Shown: in pieces, positions 8,049 through 17,854 of the stretch
Numbering within the stretch: the first letter of the stretch is position 1
How the letters are laid out: each line of letters starts with the position of its first letter
Assembly (NCBI GenBank): GCA_965207885.1
Contig: OZ242311.1
Span: 4,160,001 to 4,224,000 of the forward strand
DNA length: 64,000 nucleotides
From: Candidatus Latescibacterota bacterium
Lineage (GTDB): Bacteria > Latescibacterota > UBA2968
Reading direction: 5' to 3'
Position numbers and translations under genes: made by a program
Notes under the pieces: generated by a model
Seen by the model: only the letters and a program-made list of their open reading frames with translations
Told to the model about the DNA's origin: nothing
Databases searched by the model: none

Positions 8049-9246
8049 CATGGTACACGACAAAACTTAAATTGTTTTAAACAGTGGCGGATTACTCAGT
8101 AAACGAATGCATATGAGGAACTGTTGGGTTTGTTGGTTTATATTGAGCAGGACATACTGCAAATAGTCCAACCCATATCGGAAGAGACTTTTCTCCATCC
8201 GCCCGTGATTTTTGATCGTCAAAGGATTTGTTTTTGCTATCCATTCGCCGATGATATGCGCCCAGATGCAGGCAATGGCCAAAAGCGCGATGAGTTTCTC
8301 AATGCGGTCTTGATGTATAAGATGGGTCTCTTCCAGATTAAATCCTCGACTTTTAAGATTGGCAAAAAGGACTTCAATGCCCCATCGTTTTTTATAGGTA
8401 TCCAATGCGGCTTGACCTTTTTGGTTGCTGGCAAGAATGAGGTATTGGTCCTTCAATCTTAGTGCAGACAGATATACAGGCAGGTCATAAACGCGGTGGC
8501 GTTTGCACAAGTTGACCTGCTGATGGATATTAAGATTTTCAAACCGTTTTCTTATGGGGATCTCTCTACCGCCTGATGAGACAAGAGCGTTTTCCTTGAT
8601 GCGAATAACAAAGGGTATATTTTGTGTGTCTAACCACCTAAACCATTCTCTTCCAATAAATTCTCTGTCTGCGACGACAACGCGGATATGCGATTTGCAG
8701 ATGCAGTTGAGCATTTCTTGCATCAAATGGATACGCTCATCACTATTGGAATTGCCCCGTTTTTTTAACAAGTGCCAACAGATAGGAAAGGCGACCCCTT
8801 CATAGATAATGCCTGCGGTTAGGATGTTGATATTGAATTTTCCCAACTTCCAATTGGTGCGATCTATTGAGACTATAAAATCCGACTTTATAGGTAATAA
8901 GTGCAAGATCAATTGTCTCACACACGCATAGGGTAAGGCAAAGTGGGCAAAGAAGCGTTGGATACGACGATAATTAGATTTCTGCTTGACGGTTCCATTG
9001 AGTGCGTTTGCCAGTTTCATAAAATTGACGCTACGCAATTTTATCAGCGACAATATGAACGCAGCGGTAAACGTTATTCGGGCTTTATGCCAGTGAAAAT
9101 ATCCTTGCATAATCGTTTGAAGTTCAATAGTTTCAGGAGACATAGACCTGTGCCTTGTTAAGATGAGAAAGGTTTGTCTTGGGACATTCAAACCTAACTC
9201 TTTTTAGCTTTTTTCACAGGTCTTTTATTTTTTGTCGTGTACTATG
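8049..9246 (-). mobile_element. IS4-family insertion sequence, copy 1 (1198 bp)
   Basis: 17-bp terminal IRs CATGGTACACGACAAAA / CATAGTACACGACAAAA; 9-bp target duplication AAAAATTGG (8040-8048, 9247-9255). Confidence 0.95.
8067..9143 (-). CDS. IS4-family DDE transposase
   Basis: 'IDRTNWKLG','ADREFIG','Y..RWGIEVLFANLKSRGFNLEETH' (YREK-like); likely start MSPETIEL. Confidence 0.93.
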   Translation of the reverse strand: MSPETIELQTIMQGYFHWHKARITFTAAFILSLIKLRSVNFMKLANALNGTVKQKSNYRRIQRFFAHFALPYACVRQLILHLLPIKSDFIVSIDRTNWKLGKFNINILTAGIIYEGVAFPICWHLLKKRGNSNSDERIHLMQEMLNCICKSHIRVVVADREFIGREWFRWLDTQNIPFVIRIKENALVSSGGREIPIRKRFENLNIHQQVNLCKRHRVYDLPVYLSALRLKDQYLILASNQKGQAALDTYKKRWGIEVLFANLKSRGFNLEETHLIHQDRIEKLIALLAIACIWAHIIGEWIAKTNPLTIKNHGRMEKSLFRYGLDYLQYVLLNINQQTQQFLICIRLLSNPPLFKTI

Positions 9247-9347
9247 AAAAATTGGGAAAGAAACTGGAGAAAAGTCACATCTGATATTTGCAAATATAGC
9301 GAAAAAAAAGAAATGCACAACCGGATCGGCGAAGGTCGGTCCAGTTT

Positions 9348-10940
9348 TTATGAAAGAATATGCTCTTTGATATATTCTTTCAGGGCAGATAACGTATTTG
9401 CATCCCCCGGCAAGAGCGGGAGGCCACCGATTCCATAAGACAGACTGGTATAAAAAGCGTGGGTCTGGTACGCGGAATCCACCTGAGCGGGAAACAGGAC
9501 AACGGCACTTTTGAGAATGCGTTGAAAATCTGTATCTATCACCTGCCCAATAGCGTCCCGATAAGCGTGCATCTTATCAATATCTTCGCGCATGGGAATC
9601 CACGTCCCATTGTAATCTTCGCGGCGATATTTAGCGTCAAATGCATAAATAGCGCGTTCCCCTTTCGAGTTGTTGATCTCGATAATCATATCGGGCCTCA
9701 GATCATGGGTGAGCGCGCGTCCCGACGAGGTAGTATAAGTCATATTGTAGAGACAACGAATGCGGCGCTCACCGCGCTGAAGATATATCGCAGAGGATTC
9801 GCCCTGCGCGGGAGAAACGCTCAAACCGCGGTTGGTCAGGTGAAAAAGGTTATCATCGCGGATCGGAACAAAGCCGATATCGCACAAAGTGTGAACGAGC
9901 GTAAAATAGACCCAGTATTCGTAAAGCGCGTGTGTATCGCGAAAGGACAGATCAAATGGGCCACCCGTACAGGGCGCGAGCGCGCAGTTGAGATCTCGGA
10001 TAAGCGCAAAAGCCGTCTGGTAACGCACATCGACATGAACGGGCAAAGCGTCATCGCGTCGCGCAGGTGGCAAAGGGAGCAAACGCAAGCAGCGATCCAC
10101 GTATATTTTCAGGCGATGTCCCAAATCGGTATGTGCAATAGATCTCGCGCGCAGTGACAGACGCTTTAAGCGTGCAACGAGATGGCGATTGAGCGATGTA
10201 TCAATATCGGAATGGCGATGGGTCTCGCGCAAATGCGTACAGACGACATCGTCCGCTATAGGCAAATGCGGGAGATCAGTCTCGCTATGCGTCCAGAATT
10301 GTGGCGAGCGAATCATATCGACAATCGCATCGGGGTCGCGGCCCTGTGCGCGATCAACCGCGCGGATGTGTTGAACGGTTTTGAGATGGCGATGCGGACG
10401 TTTGAGTATCGCATGCAAAGTGCGGACGAGTTGATTCAAAAGACGATCCAGCACTTGATGAAAATCTAAATTGCTACCCTTATCATCTGTCAGACGCGTT
10501 GAGATACGAGTTTGATCGGGCAAAAGGTAAACGAGTTCGCGGCTGATGCGCTCGAGATCGGCGCGCATGATTTGATAATCGGTTTCGTAGTCGAGATGCG
10601 AGGGACGCACATCGAGTTCGGCATAGAGCAGATCGACATTATCTGAGCGAATACAAAAACGGATATGCCCCGGATGATCGCCCGTAGCGAGCCGCCCCCA
10701 CAGCGCGTGCCCGTCGCGGAGAAAACCAAGGGTCTCGACGGGTTGATCGTCGATATAGACCGAAATATCTTTCTCATTGAGCGGACGAATGAGGCAGTTG
10801 CATTCAGTAGCTTCAACCAGATGATCAGCAATTACATTACCTTGCACGGGAGAGAGCAAAATGCGGGCATAATCATTTTCCGCAACAAGACCATCGGATG
10901 TTTTCGAAAAGGAAGCGCGGATGTGTTGACCTGAGTCCAT
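9348..10940 (-). CDS. DUF2357 + PD-(D/E)XK nuclease (McrC-like)
   Basis: 'LYEYWVYF','LRPDMII','FDAKYR','EDIDKMHAYRDAI','IGGLPLLPG'. Confidence 0.85.
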   Translation of the reverse strand: MDSGQHIRASFSKTSDGLVAENDYARILLSPVQGNVIADHLVEATECNCLIRPLNEKDISVYIDDQPVETLGFLRDGHALWGRLATGDHPGHIRFCIRSDNVDLLYAELDVRPSHLDYETDYQIMRADLERISRELVYLLPDQTRISTRLTDDKGSNLDFHQVLDRLLNQLVRTLHAILKRPHRHLKTVQHIRAVDRAQGRDPDAIVDMIRSPQFWTHSETDLPHLPIADDVVCTHLRETHRHSDIDTSLNRHLVARLKRLSLRARSIAHTDLGHRLKIYVDRCLRLLPLPPARRDDALPVHVDVRYQTAFALIRDLNCALAPCTGGPFDLSFRDTHALYEYWVYFTLVHTLCDIGFVPIRDDNLFHLTNRGLSVSPAQGESSAIYLQRGERRIRCLYNMTYTTSSGRALTHDLRPDMIIEINNSKGERAIYAFDAKYRREDYNGTWIPMREDIDKMHAYRDAIGQVIDTDFQRILKSAVVLFPAQVDSAYQTHAFYTSLSYGIGGLPLLPGDANTLSALKEYIKEHILS

Positions 10941-11019
10941 TGTTCGCGTAGATTTCAAAAGGGTTTGTCTTCAACCATTTTACGGAGGTCGCCTGCAGTA
11001 GTAAATATAAGGAGGAGTT

Positions 11020-11658
11020 GTGATTCGTGCAATTTTGTGGGATAACGATGGGGTGCTGGTAGATACCGAAGGTCTGTACTTTCAGGCAGGACATGAGGTA
11101 TTGGCAACACAAGGAGTGGAACTAACGCATAAAGATTTTGCCGAACAGTCGCTACAAAAAGGGCTTAGCGTATTCGATTTTCTGCCCGATCAAAATGCCG
11201 AATTGATTGAGGAACTGCGCTTGAAACGCAATGCGCGATACAGCGCCTTATTAGCTGAAGGCGTGCAGGTCGTGGATGGCGTAATAGAAACACTCGAAAC
11301 ATTCCATGGCCGCGTACAAATGGGCATTGTAACGGGTTCTCGCAGAGATCACTTTGACATTGTTCACGCAAAGACGGATTTACTCCCATTCTTCGATTTT
11401 GTGCTGGCAAGAGAAGATTACGAAGAAGCAAAACCACATCCAGATGCGTATTTGAAGGCCATGCGATTGCACGGACTACAACCCGATGACTGTGTAGTTG
11501 TGGAAGATTCTGAACGCGGATGTGTCGCGGCAGCAGCGGCTGGTTTGCGCGTACTCGCCGTGCCAAATGCCTTATCGAAATACGGAGATTTTTCATCTGC
11601 GTATAAAATACTGAACTCGGTGCGAGATGTCGTAGAGGAGATAGAGAAGTTGGATTGA
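11020..11658 (+). CDS. HAD-superfamily hydrolase (IA variant 3)
   Basis: 'WDNDGVLVDTE','KPHPDAY','VVEDSERG'. Confidence 0.9.
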   Translation: MIRAILWDNDGVLVDTEGLYFQAGHEVLATQGVELTHKDFAEQSLQKGLSVFDFLPDQNAELIEELRLKRNARYSALLAEGVQVVDGVIETLETFHGRVQMGIVTGSRRDHFDIVHAKTDLLPFFDFVLAREDYEEAKPHPDAYLKAMRLHGLQPDDCVVVEDSERGCVAAAAAGLRVLAVPNALSKYGDFSSAYKILNSVRDVVEEIEKLD

Positions 11659-11670
11659 AAAGGATAAAAT

Positions 11671-11695
11671 GTAGGGGCGACTCTCGTGGTCGCCC
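11671..11695 (+). repeat. GTAG-type REP-like palindrome
   Basis: GTAG followed by hairpin GGGCGAC-tctcgtg-GTCGCCC in an intergenic gap. Confidence 0.65.
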
Positions 11696-11727
11696 GCACA
11701 CTTAACAAACAAAATGAGGTATGTGTG

Positions 11728-13800
11728 ATGAGTGAATTAAAAAACAATCCCCTGCTGGTCAAAGAGGGATTGCCGAGGTACGACGAAATTGAGCCAAAGC
11801 ACGTTGTACCGGGCGTAAAACATATGCTATCAGAAGCAGAGAAACAGATTGCGGCATTGGAGCAAAACATGACCCCATCGTGGAATGGGTTGCTCGTCCC
11901 GCTCGAAGAACTCGACGTGCCCTTTTCTTATGCCTGGGGACCAGTGGGCCATTTGCTCAGCGTAAAAAATTCCGATGACTTGCGCGAAGCACACGAGGTA
12001 GTCCTGCAAGACGTCGTGGCATTTGGTCTGCGCGTGCAGCAAAGCCGTCCCATTTACGAAGGCCTGGTGGCAATTCGAGACGGCGAGGAATGGGCAAAGA
12101 TAGATGAGGCTCAAAAGCGATGTATCGATCTGAAAATTCGCGCAGCCGAACACGCCGGAGTGGGATTAGAAGGCACAGCAAAAGAACGCTTTAATGAAAT
12201 CGCCAAAGAATTGTCGCAAATTAGTACAGATTTTTCCAATCATGTACTGGATGCGACCAAAGCCTATGAACTAATTATTGAAAATAAAAAAGATATAGAA
12301 GACTGGCCGAACAGTTTGCGACAAGTAGCCGCACAATCTTATGCACAGGCCAATGAAGGCAGCGAAGCCACACCGGAAAATGGTCCCTGGCGTATTACAC
12401 TGGATTTCCCGAGCTTTTATCCCTTTATGCAACACCACCGCGTGCGCGACCACCGCGAGCAAGTTTACAAAGCATATATCCAGCGCGCATCCTCTGGCGA
12501 ATGGGACAACAGCAAATTGATAGCACGCACCTTAAAATTGCGCAAAGAGCAATCTGCACTCCTGGGTTTTGAGACCTATGCTGACAGGAGCCTGAATGTC
12601 AAAATGGCCCCCGATGTAGCATCTGTCGAGCGCATGATCGGTGAATTGCAAGCGGCTTCGCAGCCCCATAGCGAAAAGGATTTCGGCGCGCTGGAAGCAC
12701 TGGCAAAGGCAAGTGGTCAGGAAGAGCCAGTCATGCACTGGGATACGTCCTTCTGGTCAGAGCGGTTGCGCGAGCAAAAATTCGATTATACCGACGACCA
12801 GTTGCGCCCTTATTTCCCGCTACCCAAAGTACTCGATGGCATGTTTGCATTGGCAGAACGCCTTTTTGATATTGAGATCGCGCGGGCAGATGATGAAAAC
12901 GCGCACAAATGGCATGAAGATGTGCAATTCTTCAAAGTACTCCGCGATGGCGAGCGCATAGCATCGTTTTATCTGGACCCCTATTCGCGTCCAGCAGAAA
13001 AGCGTGGTGGCGCGTGGATGAACGACTGTCTGGGACGGCGATGGCTCAACGGCGAACTTCGCTTGCCCGTAGTACATCTCGTGTGCAATGGCACGCCGCC
13101 CGTGGGTGACACGCCATCGCTGATGAGTTTTTCAGAAGTGGAAACCCTGTTTCACGAGTTTGGACACGGATTGCAGGGCATGTTGACGACCGTTGATTAT
13201 GCCGATGTGGCGGGATTGCACGGTGTGGAATGGGATGCCGTGGAAATTGCCAGCCAGTTCATGGAAAACTGGTGTTATCAAAAACCCACACTAATTGGAA
13301 TGACCGCACACGTAGAAACGGATGAACCCTTGCCAGATGACCTGTTTGAGAAAATCGTCGCCGCGCGCACATTTCAGGCGGGGTCTTTGATGATGCGCCA
13401 GTTGTCCTTTGGAAAAACAGACATACTGCTGCATTCCACCTACGATCCAGATGGCGGTGAAACGGCTTTTGATGTAGAGCGCAGGGTAACCGAAGAAATG
13501 TCCGTATTGCCCCCCCTGCCAGAAAGTCGCTTCTTGTGCTCATTTTCCCATATTTTTGCCGGAGGCTATGCCGCCGGGTATTACAGCTACAAATGGTCAG
13601 AGGTATTGAGCGCAGATGCATTCGGCGCATTTGAAGACGCCGGACTGGATGACGAAGAAGCCGTGAAAGCAACCGGACGCAAATTCCGCGACACAATTCT
13701 CGCACTGGGCGGCAGCAAACATCCTATGGATGTGTACCGAGAATTTCGCGGGCGAGAACCGAGCACAGAGGCATTGCTGCGGCACAATGACCTGTTGTAA
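11728..13800 (+). CDS. prlC: Oligopeptidase A (M3 family)
   Basis: 'NNPLL','KRGGAWM','LFHEFGHGL','WDAVEIASQFMENW','GGYAAGYYSYKWSEVLSAD'. Confidence 0.93.
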   Translation: MSELKNNPLLVKEGLPRYDEIEPKHVVPGVKHMLSEAEKQIAALEQNMTPSWNGLLVPLEELDVPFSYAWGPVGHLLSVKNSDDLREAHEVVLQDVVAFGLRVQQSRPIYEGLVAIRDGEEWAKIDEAQKRCIDLKIRAAEHAGVGLEGTAKERFNEIAKELSQISTDFSNHVLDATKAYELIIENKKDIEDWPNSLRQVAAQSYAQANEGSEATPENGPWRITLDFPSFYPFMQHHRVRDHREQVYKAYIQRASSGEWDNSKLIARTLKLRKEQSALLGFETYADRSLNVKMAPDVASVERMIGELQAASQPHSEKDFGALEALAKASGQEEPVMHWDTSFWSERLREQKFDYTDDQLRPYFPLPKVLDGMFALAERLFDIEIARADDENAHKWHEDVQFFKVLRDGERIASFYLDPYSRPAEKRGGAWMNDCLGRRWLNGELRLPVVHLVCNGTPPVGDTPSLMSFSEVETLFHEFGHGLQGMLTTVDYADVAGLHGVEWDAVEIASQFMENWCYQKPTLIGMTAHVETDEPLPDDLFEKIVAARTFQAGSLMMRQLSFGKTDILLHSTYDPDGGETAFDVERRVTEEMSVLPPLPESRFLCSFSHIFAGGYAAGYYSYKWSEVLSADAFGAFEDAGLDDEEAVKATGRKFRDTILALGGSKHPMDVYREFRGREPSTEALLRHNDLL

Positions 13801-13823
13801 AGTTAAAAACGAAGGAAATCATT

Positions 13824-15116
13824 ATGCTGGAGTTCTTCTATAACTGGTTGCTCAGCCTCGGTGTCGAGTCAGAGATGGCTAAAAATTGGACTGCACCACT
13901 ATTGGTGGGCCTGTGCATTCTGGCACTCAGTGTGATTGCCGATTTTATCGTAAAGCGCATAGCCCTGCGAACGCTAAAGTACGTGATTGAAAAAACGACA
14001 ACACCCTGGGACGATGCATTTGTGGAGCATCGGGTTCTGGACCGGTTGGCGCACATGGCTCCAGCAGTGGTCATCTACCTATTGGCCGATTTGCCATTTG
14101 CGGGAATGACAGAAATAGATCGGAATTATTGCGTAGCGATTGTTCGGGATGCTGTGCAGATTTTTGTCGTAATCATCAGTATCTGGAGCATTGCGGCATT
14201 TCTCAATGCCGCACTATCTGTTTATCAGACATTTGAGATCTCTCGCGAAGTCCCCGGCAGGGGTTTTGTGCAGGTCTTGAAAATTCTGACGTATTTTGTA
14301 GGCGGCATTTTGATTTTATCAATTTTGTTAGATCGCAATCCCGTATATTTTTTGAGCGGATTGGGCGCATTGATGGCCGTGCTTTTGCTGGTATTCAAAG
14401 ATGCCATCCTGGGACTGGTCGCGGGCATACAACTGAGTGCGAATAAAATGGTCGCCGTGGGCGATTGGATTGAAATGCCAAAATACGGCGCAGATGGGGA
14501 TGTGATCGAAGTGGCATTGACCACCATAAAGGTACAAAATTGGGACAAAACGATTACCTCGATCCCCGCGTATTCATTGATCAGCGAATCATTTAAGAAC
14601 TGGCGCGGCATGCAGGAATCGGGTGGCCGTCGGATCAAGCGGTCAATTTTAATCGATATTCAAACAATCAAATTTTGTGACGAAGAGATGTTGGCGCGAT
14701 TTTCAAAAATCAAATATATCGCTGCCTATATCGAACACAAGAAAGACGAGTTGGCAAAATTCAACCAGACGCAAGAGATAGATGAGTCGAGTCTGGTAAA
14801 TGGGCGGCGCATGACCAACGTAGGTACGTTTCGGGCATACATCGTCGCGTATTTGAAAAATCATCCAAAAGTCAATCTGGAGATGACATTTTTGGTGCGA
14901 CAACTGCCGCCGCAAGAACACGGCTTGCCAATAGAAATTTACGTCTTCTGTAGCGATACGGTATGGGCGAACTACGAAGCGATTCAGGCGGATATTTTCG
15001 ACCACATCCTATCCGTAGTACCCGAATTTGACCTCAGTGTATTCCAGGCACCAACAGGACATGATTTTAAGCATCTCAGTAAAAGATTTATACCGCCACC
15101 GGGCCGAAGAGGCTAA
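13824..15116 (+). CDS. MscS-family mechanosensitive channel (YbdG-like)
   Basis: 'LLVFKDAILGLVAGIQLSAN...GDWIEMPKYGADGDV...KVQNWDKTI...NWRGMQESGGRRIKRS'. Confidence 0.92.
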   Translation: MLEFFYNWLLSLGVESEMAKNWTAPLLVGLCILALSVIADFIVKRIALRTLKYVIEKTTTPWDDAFVEHRVLDRLAHMAPAVVIYLLADLPFAGMTEIDRNYCVAIVRDAVQIFVVIISIWSIAAFLNAALSVYQTFEISREVPGRGFVQVLKILTYFVGGILILSILLDRNPVYFLSGLGALMAVLLLVFKDAILGLVAGIQLSANKMVAVGDWIEMPKYGADGDVIEVALTTIKVQNWDKTITSIPAYSLISESFKNWRGMQESGGRRIKRSILIDIQTIKFCDEEMLARFSKIKYIAAYIEHKKDELAKFNQTQEIDESSLVNGRRMTNVGTFRAYIVAYLKNHPKVNLEMTFLVRQLPPQEHGLPIEIYVFCSDTVWANYEAIQADIFDHILSVVPEFDLSVFQAPTGHDFKHLSKRFIPPPGRRG

Positions 15117-15143
15117 AAACCCAATTCGCAAATATTAAATCGT

Positions 15144-15174
15144 TTTATCTGTGTTCATCTGCGTTCATCTGCGG
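15144..15174 (+). repeat. Short intergenic tandem repeat (3 x 10 bp, TTCATCTGCG consensus)
   Basis: tttatctgtg-ttcatctgcg-ttcatctgcg-g. Confidence 0.6.
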
Positions 15175-15182
15175 ATACTTTT

Positions 15183-16328
15183 ATGTCAGACCAACTCAAA
15201 CAACGCAATCGCGAACTCTCAATCCTCAACGCGATTGCCCATGCGCTCAACCAATCCGTCAATCTCGATCAAGCCCTCGAAACAGCACTTGAAAAAGTAG
15301 CTGCATTGCTCGGCTTGAGCACGAGTTGGATCTGGCTCATGCACGAAGACACCCACCAACCCTATCTGGCTGCCGCACAAAACCTGCCCCCCGTACTGCG
15401 CGACAACCCGAGCAAAATGGGTGGCTGGTGCTATTGCCTGGACACCTACCAAAAAGGCGACTTGAAGGGTGCGGCAAATGTAAATGTCGTGGCCTGTAGC
15501 CGCCTGAAAGGACTTGTAGAAGGCACAGATGGCTTGCAGTATCACGCGAGTATCCCGCTATACGCGCAGGAAAAAAAAGTGGGCGTATTAAATGTGGGCA
15601 GTGCAGAATGGCGTGAACTCTCGGAAGAAGACCTGCGCTTGCTCAATACAGTGGGCGACTTGATGAGCATTGCAATTGAACGCGCGCGTCTATACGAAAA
15701 AAGTGTTGAAATTGGCGCAGTGGATGAGCGTTTCAGACTCGCGCGGGAATTACACGACACTCTGGGTCAGAATCTGGTGGCGATCTTGATGCGTCTGGAA
15801 ACTCTGGATGCCTTGCTCGACGGCAATACAGATCGCAAAATCCTGTCCGAAACCGTGCGCGATGCCATAGCTCTGGCACGCGACAACCTGGAAGAGGCGC
15901 GGCGGGCAGTGCTGGATTTGCGCGCTGCCCCACTTGAAAATCGCACGTTGATTGAAGCATTGAAAACTCTGGGACAAAATATCGGTGGCGCAGCGAGTGT
16001 ACGCGTAAAAAGTATTGGCGAACATCCCCTATCCGTCAGAATAGAAGCGAGCTTATATCGCATGGCACAAGAGGCGTTGAACAACATCGCGCAGCATGCA
16101 GATGCCCAAAAAGTCCTCATCGAACTGACATCAACACCTCAATACGTCCAACTCGTAGTCGAAGACGACGGTCGCGGATTTGATCCCGAAAACGTGCGGG
16201 AAGATCGATACGGCCTCATTGGCCTGAATGAGCGGGCGCATTTGCTGGGCGGTTCATTTGCAATTGAAAGCGCGCCCGACCGCGGCACGCGTTTGGAAAT
16301 CCACATCCCACTGGAGCGCGAGATATGA
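15183..16328 (+). CDS. GAF-domain sensor histidine kinase (HisKA_3/NarX-like)
   Basis: N-terminal GAF; 'ERFRLARELHDTLGQ','QEALNNIAQHA','DDGRGFD','GLIGLNERA'. Confidence 0.92.
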   Translation: MSDQLKQRNRELSILNAIAHALNQSVNLDQALETALEKVAALLGLSTSWIWLMHEDTHQPYLAAAQNLPPVLRDNPSKMGGWCYCLDTYQKGDLKGAANVNVVACSRLKGLVEGTDGLQYHASIPLYAQEKKVGVLNVGSAEWRELSEEDLRLLNTVGDLMSIAIERARLYEKSVEIGAVDERFRLARELHDTLGQNLVAILMRLETLDALLDGNTDRKILSETVRDAIALARDNLEEARRAVLDLRAAPLENRTLIEALKTLGQNIGGAASVRVKSIGEHPLSVRIEASLYRMAQEALNNIAQHADAQKVLIELTSTPQYVQLVVEDDGRGFDPENVREDRYGLIGLNERAHLLGGSFAIESAPDRGTRLEIHIPLEREI

Positions 16329-16945
16329 GCAAACCCATTCGCATTGTCGTTGCAGACGATCACCCCGTTGTGCGCGATGGCCTGATTGCCATGCTACAGA
16401 CCCAACCCGATTTTGAGGTCGTGGGAGAAGCTGGCGACGGCTCAGAAGCATTGCACCTGGTCGCCGAACGCACCCCCGATGTGCTATTGCTCGATCTGGA
16501 GATGCCGCGCGTGGATGGTATAGAGACGCTCCAGCGACTGGGAGAGCAGAGAAGCAGCGTGCGGGTAATCGTATTTACAGTCTTTGATACGGACGAGCGC
16601 ATCGTATCGGCAATGCGGGCTGGCGCAAAAGGCTATCTGCTCAAAGGCGCGCCCCGAGATGATGTGTTTCGCGCCGTGCGCGTGGTGAACGAAGGCGGAT
16701 CCCTACTCGAACCCCTCATCGCTTCCAAACTATTGGACAGCGTGAACAATCCCGATGCATTGACCGCACGGCAAAAAGAAGTGCTACACCTGTTGGCAAC
16801 GGGACTGTTGAACAAAGAAATCGCCGATCAACTCAACATTTCCGAACGCACGGTAAAATTTCACGTCAGCGAAATCCTGGGCAAACTCGGCGCGGGCAAC
16901 CGCACAGAAGCCGCCGCAATTGCGATGCAGAGGGGATTGATATAG
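16325..16945 (+). CDS. NarL/LuxR-family response regulator
   Basis: 'VADDHPVVRDG','LLDLEMP', LuxR HTH 'LTARQKEVL...NKEIA..LNISERTVKFH'. Confidence 0.93.
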   Translation: MSKPIRIVVADDHPVVRDGLIAMLQTQPDFEVVGEAGDGSEALHLVAERTPDVLLLDLEMPRVDGIETLQRLGEQRSSVRVIVFTVFDTDERIVSAMRAGAKGYLLKGAPRDDVFRAVRVVNEGGSLLEPLIASKLLDSVNNPDALTARQKEVLHLLATGLLNKEIADQLNISERTVKFHVSEILGKLGAGNRTEAAAIAMQRGLI

Positions 16946-16980
16946 AACTGAAAAGAGTTGGATTCCATTTATATTTTTTC

Positions 16981-17012
16981 AAGCCCTGCTTGCTTAAGCA
17001 GGGCTTTTATTT
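16981..17012 (+). terminator. Rho-independent terminator
   Basis: AAGCCCTGCTT-gctt-AAGCAGGGCTT followed by a T-rich tail. Confidence 0.8.
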
Positions 17013-17224
17013 TTGGGATTCTATCCCAATATCGCAAAAAAATGGAAACTGGGACAAATTTTGAACTTCAGGACAAACTTACGAGGTTGACATATAAGGG
17101 CGAATAGGGCCTATTTTTTAGAACGATATATCGTCTATAAGGACGCGGTAGTTCAAACCGTGTGCAGGACATACACCTGTTGAGATCGCTCTCAACACAA
17201 CCATTTTTCAAAGGAGTTGCAGCT

Positions 17225-17854
17225 ATGAAACACCTGCGTAGATCTATCGTTATAGGCATCATAGCTCTGGTAGCTATGAACTTCCCCACCTCTATTTTCG
17301 GCCAGACCACAATCGGCATTCGGGGTGGCATGAGTCGGGCGTCTGCAAGTGGGAACTTTGATGGCGCAGATGTGGATGCGCGAACCGGCATCAAACTCGG
17401 TGCTTCTGCGACTATCCCAATACAGGACAAATTCAGCCTTCGACTCGGTGGCGACTATGTGCAGAAGGGTTACGGTCTTAGTGCAAATTTAGAGGGTCTT
17501 AGTATCAGTGCAGATGTAAGTTTGGATTACATCGAACTTTCGGGCCTGGGTGTCGTCAACCTCACGCCGCCCGAGAGCGCAGCTTCTGTGTATGTGCTTG
17601 CCGGACCGGCGATGGGGATCAATGTCAAGTGCGAAGCCGCAGGTGAGGATTGCGGTGATGATGGAGATGGACCAAAGACCACGGACCTTGGTATTACAGG
17701 AGGGATCGGTACTGAGATGGCGATGTCCGAAGGAATGACATTCTCAGTCGAGTTACTGTACACTTTGGGGATCCTATCGATTGCCGAAGGAGAGGATGTT
17801 AAGAAACGAGCCATTGCTCTCCAGGTCGGTGTCGGCTTTCCTATCGGAAAATAG
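17225..17854 (+). CDS. Outer-membrane beta-barrel (porin-family/OmpA-like) protein
   Basis: AAGGAG RBS, signal peptide, 'GIRGG','YVQKG','LDYIEL','AGP', terminal strand 'LQVGVGFPI'. Confidence 0.8.
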   Translation: MKHLRRSIVIGIIALVAMNFPTSIFGQTTIGIRGGMSRASASGNFDGADVDARTGIKLGASATIPIQDKFSLRLGGDYVQKGYGLSANLEGLSISADVSLDYIELSGLGVVNLTPPESAASVYVLAGPAMGINVKCEAAGEDCGDDGDGPKTTDLGITGGIGTEMAMSEGMTFSVELLYTLGILSIAEGEDVKKRAIALQVGVGFPIGK

